A stretch of 64,000 bases of DNA. It comes from a virus. The DNA lies in IMG/VR virus record IMGVR_UViG_3300005836_000029, positions 642-64,641 of that record; one strand, given 5' to 3'. The notes under the pieces were generated by a model. That model did no database searches, was not told the origin of the DNA, and saw nothing but the letters and a program-made list of their open reading frames with translations. Position 1 is the stretch's first letter. Each line of letters starts with the position of its first letter. Positions 37,954 to 47,300 of the stretch are shown piece after piece. The translations under genes and the position numbers were made by a program.

Positions 37954-40572
37954 ATGACAACGAAGAACCTCGGACCTGGCATCAGCGGCTACCTCGACCC
38001 TACGTACCGGGCCTGGGAAACGACGGTCTATCAGGCAGGAAAGCCGGTCCTCGACAAGGAGCTGAACCTCATCCAGGACTCGGCTCAGGAGGCCGTTCAG
38101 AAGCTTCGGCAGCGGGCGATGCCGTCGGGGTGGTTGTCGAAGGACTTCCTCGCGACGTCCGCAGCTACGTCCCCCATCTTCACGGCGAGTGCCATCGCCA
38201 ACGAGCTGAACACACCGCAGCCTCTCCTGGCACACGTCAACGGCTGGCTCGTCGTCGTCTGGAACACGGGTTCCAACACGGTGAACCTGCTCGACCTCGG
38301 GGCTGGACCGGCAGGAGCTGGGACCAAGCGGTTCGACCTCGTGATCCTGGAAGTCTGGCGGAAGCTTCTGTCCCCTTCGCCCTCGACGGACGGCAAGAGT
38401 GGCTCGGGGCGCATCTGGTATTCGGGGAACGTCAGGATTGCTCCTGCCGACGACCTGACCCTGAACTTCGCCGACGACATCCTGGACGGGAGCCTCGGCT
38501 CGGAGTCGACGAAGCGGGTGCAGATCCAGTACCGCCTTCGGGTGATCCAAGGGGTCGACATCCTGGCATTTCCTCTGGCCATGGATGATCCGACGGTCGT
38601 GGCGAACTCGGTTCCGGCAAGCGCAGCCGCTCCTGATGGCGTCGTGACCCTTTTCCCCTACACGAACGCTACGGATCTCGGCGACCCAGGACTTTGGGTT
38701 GCTGGAGACGGCAACCCGGCGAACACCTTGGGGACCGTCGACGGGTACATGTATGCCCTGCCGCTCATGGCGGTGGTTCGACGCAACACCTCGGCCTTCG
38801 ACCGCAACACCAACCACAACGGAGGTGTCGCCAGCCCCGGGCCTAGTGATCGGCCAGACGGCTTGTTTTACGACATCATCGCGGACAAGGACATCATCGA
38901 CCTCCGAACCGGGGTCGCAGAACCTGGGTGGGACTACCAGGATGTCCTCGCGAAGAACTTCCACTTCCTGCTCGACAACACGCTTCAGACCGAGACGACT
39001 CAGACAGCCATCGGCGGTGGGGTGACAGGAGTCACCCATCTGTGGGCGGACGAGATCGGCATCACCAACGCCCACGGCGGGGATGGTACGACCACCGGAG
39101 ACACGCCTGGGGCGATGTTCATCGGCGAGTTCGATGCAATTCGGCGTCGTTTCTCGGACCGTGTGGTCCACGAGACGATCGTGGTGAAGTACACGCCAGC
39201 AGATGGTTCAGGAGGCGGACCGAACTGGGCCAACGGGGACGTGATCACCATCGATCCCACGGCTCTTCCGGTCTACGGCTACTCGGCCTTCAACTGGGCC
39301 TCGTATGCGCCGGCCGACGTCATGATCTACTCTGTCGTGAAGGCCGAGTTCATCGCTCAGGCTGGGTCGACGGCCAGTCAGGATGCTGATCAAGGGGTTT
39401 TCACGGTCTCCGGTCTCGGGGCCATTCCCATGACGAGCGTCACCTTCACGATCGACACGGTTCCAGGCGGCATCACGACCGAAGAGTTGTATCTCCGGTT
39501 GGAGATCGTCTACCCGACGGGCGTAGGGCTGACGAAGACTCCGGTCGCGGACTTTGGGTCCGCAAGTCTGTCCATCAACAACCCGGGGCAGATGCCGGCC
39601 GGGGCTCCTGTCCTCTTCGAGGCAGTCAACGGCTTCGCCATCGAGGCGCCTCATCGTGAAGCCACGATCACGTACAACACCGTGACCCAGACGTTCACGC
39701 AGTTGGCCGACTTCTCGGGAAACGACTACGTACGCATGCCCGAAAGGGTCCTCTCGGTTTCGTCGATCTTGATCAATGCCGTCGCCTACGGGGGAACCAT
39801 TACGATCTCGGCGGATGGCTACACGGTCACCTTGGACCCCGGGGCCATCTCCTTTGGGGACACGATCGACGTGGACTACAAGGCCCTCCGCCCGTTCCCC
39901 CAAAACGACGAGCAGGTCACCGTTTACTACGATACCAGGGCTCCTCAGACCCTCAAGGACGGGCTTCTGGGGTCGAGCCAGACTTTCATCCCGAGGTACA
40001 TCTGTCCCTTCCTGTACTCGCTCAGCGTGGGAAGTGGCTCGCAGGACACTGCCTACCCCTACGAGTCGCAGTACGTTCAGATGCCCGGCATCTATCCTTC
40101 GTCAGGAGGAACCTTCTCCGGCGAACACGAGTTTTCGGCAGGGGGTGGCATGACGCTATCCACCACGGGATTTCAGACAGGTTTCTTGAAGTTGGAGACC
40201 AAAATTCCCCTCACTCCGGACCCTCAATCCTTCTCGTTGACTCGAGTTCCTGGGGATATCGATGCTGAGGGGAGGGCCTATTTCAAAACCGTTCCTGCCG
40301 GGTACATTCCCAATGCTTGGGCCGAGCCCCTTCGGGATGCCAAGCGTCATCGGTGTGTCATCCCGATCCTGTGCGAACTTCCTGGGGACACCTTGTTCGG
40401 GAAGAGGGGCGAGATGGTGATGGTCGTTCTGGAGACCTACCTCGCTCCGGATATTTCAGGCGGAGCTTCGGAACTGAACACTGTGCTCTTTCTGAGTTCC
40501 CTCACGAGCAACATCACTTCAGCGAGCATCTATCGCCTCAAGGGTAACCTTCTGAACAGCAGGTCGTTGTAA
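37954..40572 (+). CDS. Baseplate-peripheral / fibre-proximal structural protein (872 aa), paralogue of 44378..48757
   Basis: YQAGKPVLDKELNLIQD...WNTGSN...RFDLVILEVWR...ESTKRVQIQYRLRV...GDPGLWVAGDGNPANTLGTVDGYMYALP...RPDGLF mirrors the same blocks in the 1459-aa gene. Confidence 0.65.
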   Translation: MTTKNLGPGISGYLDPTYRAWETTVYQAGKPVLDKELNLIQDSAQEAVQKLRQRAMPSGWLSKDFLATSAATSPIFTASAIANELNTPQPLLAHVNGWLVVVWNTGSNTVNLLDLGAGPAGAGTKRFDLVILEVWRKLLSPSPSTDGKSGSGRIWYSGNVRIAPADDLTLNFADDILDGSLGSESTKRVQIQYRLRVIQGVDILAFPLAMDDPTVVANSVPASAAAPDGVVTLFPYTNATDLGDPGLWVAGDGNPANTLGTVDGYMYALPLMAVVRRNTSAFDRNTNHNGGVASPGPSDRPDGLFYDIIADKDIIDLRTGVAEPGWDYQDVLAKNFHFLLDNTLQTETTQTAIGGGVTGVTHLWADEIGITNAHGGDGTTTGDTPGAMFIGEFDAIRRRFSDRVVHETIVVKYTPADGSGGGPNWANGDVITIDPTALPVYGYSAFNWASYAPADVMIYSVVKAEFIAQAGSTASQDADQGVFTVSGLGAIPMTSVTFTIDTVPGGITTEELYLRLEIVYPTGVGLTKTPVADFGSASLSINNPGQMPAGAPVLFEAVNGFAIEAPHREATITYNTVTQTFTQLADFSGNDYVRMPERVLSVSSILINAVAYGGTITISADGYTVTLDPGAISFGDTIDVDYKALRPFPQNDEQVTVYYDTRAPQTLKDGLLGSSQTFIPRYICPFLYSLSVGSGSQDTAYPYESQYVQMPGIYPSSGGTFSGEHEFSAGGGMTLSTTGFQTGFLKLETKIPLTPDPQSFSLTRVPGDIDAEGRAYFKTVPAGYIPNAWAEPLRDAKRHRCVIPILCELPGDTLFGKRGEMVMVVLETYLAPDISGGASELNTVLFLSSLTSNITSASIYRLKGNLLNSRSL

Positions 40573-42269
40573 TGCCCTCCAGCAAAGAACCCTTCAGCGC
40601 AGTAGCACCCTCGCAGCCCCCCTTCTCTTCTGGTTCGGGGAGTGCTGGATTCGCTCGGTCGGCGGATCTCCTCTACAGTGGGGGACCCGATTGGGCCGAC
40701 GCTACCCCCAATCCTCCGACGACGGTCGAAGACCAGCTCGACAAGATCATCACGGATCTCGCGACGGGAAGCGGGGCCGGCAAGATTCAATACAACGGAA
40801 GCGGCAACGACTTCGCGGATACCTCGAACCTTGCGGCTGGGGACTTGCAGACGGTCCTCGATACCTTGGTGTCGACCTTGGGATCGATCACGGATACCAC
40901 TTCAGGTGCCGACAGGATCGGGGTGGGGAACATCTTCAACCCCTCGATCACCATCCCTCAGGGAAGGCTGATCAACACTCTCGGTTACTTGTCTGAGGGT
41001 CAGTACCTACAGTACACCGATACCGGGGTTCAGTTCCTGAACGGCGACCCCCTTTTGGATAGCGACCTCGACTCCACGATCAACGACATCGTGAACCACC
41101 TCAGCTCTGAGGCGCTCAACAACAGCGGGGCTCACATCGTCGGGACCTACGACCGGACCTCCTGGATCGACGGAACGACCAATCCGGCCACGGATATTTT
41201 CTCGGCCCTCGACAAGATCATCAGCGACCTCGCCAGCAGCACCGTCAACGCTTCGGGTGCCCACAAGCTCAGGATCGATGCGCGACCGACATGGCTCGAT
41301 ACCATTAGCAACCCTGCGAGTGACCTCGCCAGCGCCGTCGACAAGATCATCACGGACTTGTCCAGCACGGCAACTGGCATCACGGACGGTGCCTCCAAGA
41401 TCGGTGCTGCGGCCGTCGGAAGCTTCTCCTCGGGAACCCTGAGGTCCCAGCTCAATGCTCTCGACACCGGGTGGGGGAAGCTCAACCGGGCGAACAGTTG
41501 GTCGGCTATCCAGACGTTCACGACGACGAGCAACTTCAACGTCTCGACACCCGATACCTCGAGCAACCTCGCCTCCGTCGCCACTCCGACCAACCGGGCT
41601 CTCCTCTACGAGTTCCGGCATACATCGACGGCCTACGGGCGCCTCTACGCACGCCGCGAGAACGGTGCCACAACGGACGGCTACGGCCTCGAGTACGTCT
41701 TCAATGCCGTATGGGGAGGCAGCTCCTGGTCTGCCGATGACACCTCGCTTCCGAGCCATATCTACGAGTTTGGCTACGACGACGGGTCCGAATCGGGGTT
41801 CGACACTTACGCGGCCATCAACCTGCGTCGGCGGGATGCCGGTGCGGGTACCTGGACAAGCTGGCAAGCCCCCCGATTGCGGATCCTGCCGGAAAACCCG
41901 GCTCCCACGGCTGCTGTCAACGGCAACACGCTGTCCTGCAAGAACATCAACAAAGCCTGGGGGCATATCAGCCTTGACGGGGCTGGAAACGCAACCCTGG
42001 ATGATGGTTTCGGGGTCAGCAGCACGGTCTCGGTCACGTCTGGGGCTTCAGGGTATGTCACGGTCACTTTCACAGTGAGTCTTGTGGGAGGCTACGTGGT
42101 TGTTGGAGCCGACAACCGTAACTCGACCACCCTTCGACACGTGAAGCCGGCCAACCAAGTGACGGGCAGCTTCAGGCTCCATTACTACGACGCGACGGGT
42201 ACCATCCTCGACCCGTCCACCACGTCCGGGGTCATCGCCTTCATCGTCATGGGAGTTCAGACGACCTAA
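40572..42269 (+). CDS. Tail fibre protein with repeated WxDxTxNP...LDKIITDL...GAxKIG segments and a C-terminal tip domain
   Basis: At least three copies of the ~35-40 aa repeat. C-terminal KAWGHISLDG...YVTVTFTVSL..GYVVVG resembles fibre tip / gp53-like beta domains. Confidence 0.65.
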   Translation: MPSSKEPFSAVAPSQPPFSSGSGSAGFARSADLLYSGGPDWADATPNPPTTVEDQLDKIITDLATGSGAGKIQYNGSGNDFADTSNLAAGDLQTVLDTLVSTLGSITDTTSGADRIGVGNIFNPSITIPQGRLINTLGYLSEGQYLQYTDTGVQFLNGDPLLDSDLDSTINDIVNHLSSEALNNSGAHIVGTYDRTSWIDGTTNPATDIFSALDKIISDLASSTVNASGAHKLRIDARPTWLDTISNPASDLASAVDKIITDLSSTATGITDGASKIGAAAVGSFSSGTLRSQLNALDTGWGKLNRANSWSAIQTFTTTSNFNVSTPDTSSNLASVATPTNRALLYEFRHTSTAYGRLYARRENGATTDGYGLEYVFNAVWGGSSWSADDTSLPSHIYEFGYDDGSESGFDTYAAINLRRRDAGAGTWTSWQAPRLRILPENPAPTAAVNGNTLSCKNINKAWGHISLDGAGNATLDDGFGVSSTVSVTSGASGYVTVTFTVSLVGGYVVVGADNRNSTTLRHVKPANQVTGSFRLHYYDATGTILDPSTTSGVIAFIVMGVQTT

Positions 42270-42898
42270 TGCCTTCTACCTACTACCTATTCGACGTTGC
42301 AAGCTCGAACATCTCTCAAGCGGATGTGAAGGAAACGGCCGCGAATGCAAGTATCGTGGCCTTCCAGGGCTACTTTCCGGTTCGCATTCCGAGCAACATC
42401 GTCCTGAACGGGTTCCCTCCCGCCACCTTTTCGAGCCTGATCAGCTCGAAAATCCAAGCGCTGATCAGCTACTACGGGGCCTTCGTCGGCGTCGAATACG
42501 ACGACATGATCGACAACCCGTCGATCGACATGGCTGCCACGACTGGAGTTCAAGTCGGAAGTCGGGGCAGTGTCCTGTTGCAGGTCAACGGTGTCGTCAC
42601 CACGACCATGGCCAATCTGTCCGGGACCCCCTCTGAGGTGGTATTCACCTGGGAGGTCTACAGGGTCAACTACTCCGACCCGAAGGACGGGACCCTTTCG
42701 AAGACGCTACAAGAAGAATCCGCTTTCGACTTCACTGTCGAGCTCAGTTTCGACAACGGATCGACCTTCAACACGGTCACCGATGGAGTGCTTTTCAGCA
42801 TCCCGGTACCCTCACAGGGAAGCCAGTTCATCGCCCGATTCACCAATGACAACTCGGGTATTCCCGAGTACCTTGGGTTCTGGACGTTGCTCTACTGA
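42269..42898 (+). CDS. Hypothetical structural protein (209 aa), possibly fibre-associated
   Basis: ATG overlaps the upstream stop (TAATG). Beta-rich. Confidence 0.55.
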   Translation: MPSTYYLFDVASSNISQADVKETAANASIVAFQGYFPVRIPSNIVLNGFPPATFSSLISSKIQALISYYGAFVGVEYDDMIDNPSIDMAATTGVQVGSRGSVLLQVNGVVTTTMANLSGTPSEVVFTWEVYRVNYSDPKDGTLSKTLQEESAFDFTVELSFDNGSTFNTVTDGVLFSIPVPSQGSQFIARFTNDNSGIPEYLGFWTLLY

Positions 42899-42919
42899 CT
42901 CAAACGGTAAGGTTGAACA

Positions 42920-44317
42920 ATGGCTGCACACGTCGTAGGTGGTGGACCCCTTCCCCCGTCCCTGGTGTCTGCTTCGCACGTCAACGATCCGGTGGATGCC
43001 CATCATGCTTCGGCTATCGGAACAGCCGGAAGTAATGCCTGGCTCGATGGAACCCTGAATCCAGCATCGGACGTCCAGACGACGCTCGACAAGATCATCG
43101 ACGATCTTGTGGCTTCCAGCTTGAGTTCGGGCTCTCACAAGATCGGATCGGCCGTCTTGGTGACTCCGGGTGGAGCCGGAGCAAGTGATACGCCAGCCGG
43201 TTCTATCCACTATCAACTTGAATCGCTCAAGGACGCCGCCACCATCGGAGCTGGAGCTCGACCCAACTGGTTCAATGGGACGACCAATCCAGTAAACGAT
43301 GTTGCCACGTCCATCTCCAAGATCATCGGCGATCTGGCCGCCCTCACGGGTTCGGACGTCATCGGATCTGCGGCTCTTCCTGCTTGGTTCGATGCGACCC
43401 AAATCGGGTCGGGGTCGATCTTCGATCAGCTCGTCAACTTCGTCACCCACTTGAGCAGTCAGACCGTTTCGACCAGCGGTGGCGACAAGATCGGGGTTGC
43501 TGCTCGAGGGGCCTGGTTCGGAGGGTTTGTCACGAACCCTGCCACGACGGTCTACGGTGCTCTCGACAAGATCATCACGGACCTGACCGACGATACGGGT
43601 GCCAGCCACATCGGCATCGATGCTCGGAGCGACTGGCATGCCACCAGTGGTGTGACCAACCCTGGTCCCGTCGATGTTCGTACGGCCATCGACAAGATCA
43701 TCACGGACCTCAAGAGCGACGTGAACCCCGACGGTGCGGGCCTCATCGGAGCCAAGGACAACGGCAACAACCTGGCGGATGGAACGGTCCGATCACAGCT
43801 CGACCAACTGGACACGAACAAGGGGGGAAAGTTCGAGACCAACCTCTGGCAGGGCGACAATACCTGGGATACCGGGTACAACTACATCTTCAAGTCGGAC
43901 ATCAACGAGCAGTGGTCGACATCCGTCACGACCCGGAGCATGTACCGAACCTTGAGTGTCGTCGGTACGGCCGGCCCGACGGACATCTGGGTGGACCCGT
44001 CCGGGTCGATCAACAACGGTCAGGTGGTCACGGCGCTGGTGACCATCACCTCGGTCCGGAGTCCTGCGATCAGCGCTGATCAGAACGGTCACTTCGCCCA
44101 CTACTTGTGCCTGTGGTCCCGGGACCTCTCGGGTACGGGTATGGAGTTTCAGCTCCTCAAGACGGACTCGATCGGTACGGGCTCGCCCAACCTGGAGGTC
44201 CTGTTGACCATCGGAGCCAACTCCACGACTCCCAAACTGATGGCAACGGGTGCCAACGCCTCTGTGAACAAGGTCGCACACGTGATCGTCAGGAGGACGC
44301 GCCACCCCAGCGGCTGA
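42920..44317 (+). CDS. Second tail fibre protein, same repeat family as 40572..42269 with a different C-terminal domain
   Basis: About five copies of W..xTNP...ALDKIITDL...G..IG. N-terminal HVNDPVDAHHASAIG resembles His-containing fibre motifs. Confidence 0.65.
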   Translation: MAAHVVGGGPLPPSLVSASHVNDPVDAHHASAIGTAGSNAWLDGTLNPASDVQTTLDKIIDDLVASSLSSGSHKIGSAVLVTPGGAGASDTPAGSIHYQLESLKDAATIGAGARPNWFNGTTNPVNDVATSISKIIGDLAALTGSDVIGSAALPAWFDATQIGSGSIFDQLVNFVTHLSSQTVSTSGGDKIGVAARGAWFGGFVTNPATTVYGALDKIITDLTDDTGASHIGIDARSDWHATSGVTNPGPVDVRTAIDKIITDLKSDVNPDGAGLIGAKDNGNNLADGTVRSQLDQLDTNKGGKFETNLWQGDNTWDTGYNYIFKSDINEQWSTSVTTRSMYRTLSVVGTAGPTDIWVDPSGSINNGQVVTALVTITSVRSPAISADQNGHFAHYLCLWSRDLSGTGMEFQLLKTDSIGTGSPNLEVLLTIGANSTTPKLMATGANASVNKVAHVIVRRTRHPSG

Positions 44318-44377
44318 TAGGGACTCCTGTCAGCCGCCTGTGGCTCGTTTACTAATGAAGATGGAGATGAACTAGAC

Positions 44378-47300
44378 ATGAGCAGCAGCTTCGGTTCCGG
44401 CGCCTCCCGGGTTTTGAACCCCGATCAAGGAGCACTCGTCCAGGTTGTCTGGCAGCAGGGAAAGCCCCCGCTCGACTCCGAGCTGAACCTGATGCAGCAG
44501 CTCGACGACGACTGGCGCCGCATCATGGTCCTGCGTGGGGTTCCCTCCGGGTTCCTTGGGAACGCGACCAACAACCAAGAGAGCTTCCTCACCGATCTCG
44601 ACTGGTCGAACTGGTTCAAGTTCGGTCAGCAGAGGTCCGGTGCCAAGAGGTCCATCGAATGGGCCGTGGTCAACGGCTGGCTCGTGCCTGTGACGGGAAC
44701 CCTGACGGGCTTCCCTCCTGGTTCCCCGAACGACACGGACACCTGGAACCGCATCACGCTGGACCCTCCGCCGGCCAACTCTGGCGATACTCGTATCGAC
44801 TTCGTGTTCCTCGAAGTTTGGCTGGCTCGAACGCCTCCGAACCCTTCGGCGACGAACAAGCCGAGCGCCAGCGGACTCTACCGGTACGGCAACGTGGAAG
44901 GGGGCTACTCCTTCCTCTCGGATGACCTGCAAGATCCGGCCATCGGGTTCGAGACGACGCAGCGGATCCAGCTTCAGTACCGCGTCCGGGTGGTCTCGGG
45001 GCTCATCGGTCTGGCGAGCTACCCCGACGGCTTCGACCCGACCATCGTGAAGGCGAGGGGTGCAGCGACGACGAACACCTCCTACGTCTTCACGAACATG
45101 CGGAACGAACTAGGAGACCCGGGTCTCTGGAGGGCTGGGGACGGCACCCAGAACGCTCTGGGAACGGTCGACGGCTACACCTACGCCGTTCCCATCTGTG
45201 CGGTCTTTCGGCGCAATTCCGTCGCCTGGAACGGAGACCCCAGCCAGAACCTCAACGGCAGCTTCAACCGTAACCCGACGGCCATCGACCGTACCGGGTA
45301 CAAGACCTTCTCGACGACCCCCACGTTGGCGGCAGACATCACTTCGACCGCCGTGTCGTTGACGCTCACTTCGGTCTCGAACATCCCGCTGCCCCTGACC
45401 CCCGCAACGGCCGTCTACATCCAGATCGGCGACGAGATTCTCACCTACAGCGTCATCACGGGTACGACGATGACGATCACCTCGCGTGGGGCCCTCGGCA
45501 GCAAGGCCGAGAGTCACAAGGCAGGGGATGAGGTCAGGGTGCTCTCGGGGCGTCCCGACGGCCTCTTCGCAGACCAGATTGCCAAGACGGACATCCTGGA
45601 TCTCCGCCACGCCATCAACCCCAACGGGTTCGACTACGACACCCTGCTCCAGGCGAACCTCAACAAGCTTCTTCGAGGGGAGCTGAGGGCAAACTGGAAG
45701 CGTGCCGGAGGCGGCCCCCAGGGTTCGTTCGTCTTCTACCAGGACAAGATCAGCAGTTCTCCGGCGAGCTTGGGGGTGACCAAGCTCGATGCACCGGACA
45801 ACATCCGCTTGGTCTTCTCGGATGCGGCGATGATCCAGCCCATCGAGATGATCCTCACGCCGCCGGTTGGCGTTGGACCGACGCAAACCATCGCCACGAC
45901 GTGGGGGCTGAGCCTCTCGGCGACGGACAACTCTGTCTTGGCCGGCAGCTTCCAAGCGGGAGATGTCCTTTCGATCCCCATCGCTCAATTCAAGAACGGA
46001 ATCGCCGGTTCGGACGGGGACCAGATCCGGTTCATCGGGTCCGACGACGTGACTGGAACCCCCAATGTGGTGGTTCTCATGCGTGTGGACGGGGACTCCT
46101 TCTTCCTCTACGAGGGCGTCCACTACAGCGTGACGGCTGCTCCGACTCCGACGACCGACCTGCAAATCACCCTGCTGTCCTCGGCGGTGACCCCCTGGCC
46201 GACCACGAGGCGCCTCTACGTCACGGTTCACGTGCTTTACGGTCCGGGGCGTGGGATGAGCCGGCGTCCGGATGCGGTTCACAGCGTGTCCTTCCTCAGC
46301 TCGGGGGCGGACATCATGACTCAGCTCTCCGGTATCCCTGCGGACAACATCCCTCAAAGGGTCGGGTGGGCACCCCTGTGGACGAAGTTCCGGAGCCTGA
46401 GCCCGGCAGCGATGGAGGATCTTCCGGGGCTCACCCATCTCTTGCCGGTGACGGCCGAGTCCTACGTCGATCCGGGAAGCAAGACGGTCATCCTCACGCC
46501 CTTTCGTCGCCTCGACATGCCTGACGTCACGCGGACGCTCAACGGCGCCAGCGTGAACGTCAACCAACCCTCGGTCGTTTCGTCGACCACCGGGTCTTCG
46601 GTTGGGAGCCAAGTCCTCACGGACGGGTCCCAGAACTTCACGACTGCGGGTGTCGTCGCCGGCAACGTGGTCGTGATCAGCTCGGCGACCGATCCTTCAG
46701 CGGCTGGGGCTTACATCGTCCAGACGGTCGGCACCACCACGCTCAACGTCGATCGCAACATCCCGACTTCGGCCGCAGTGACCTACTCGATCCATGTCGC
46801 CCAGGGGCTCATGCCCTTGAACGACATCCAGGGCGTCGCGAAGTGGACGACCACGGATCCCCTGAACCTCTTCCGTGGGACAACCTACGGCGATGCGGCC
46901 AGGAAGAACATCTTCATCCCGGTCCCCCGTCAGCTCGTACCTGGTTGGGGTGAGGTCCGGGTGCCGATCCTCCACACGGATACGGCGACCTTCGACGAAG
47001 GGATCAACTTCCTGGTCCTCTCGAAGAAGGGTGGCCTGCCGAAGCCAAACCCGGAACGGAACTACGTGCCGTACTCCAACGGCTCGCTCACCTACGCCCC
47101 GTTCTCGACGGCCGACCTCAACACGCTCACGCCTGCGACCTACAACACGGCCTTCACCTTCGGCGGCAACAGCTTTGCCGGCATGAGGTTCTTCACGGAT
47201 ACGCGGGGATTCGGTCGGACCGGGCTCGAGTTGCCGCCCTTCTACGGAATCGCGAGGCTGTTTGCCGTGTATGAGGCGGCAGACTACAAGCTGAACGGTT

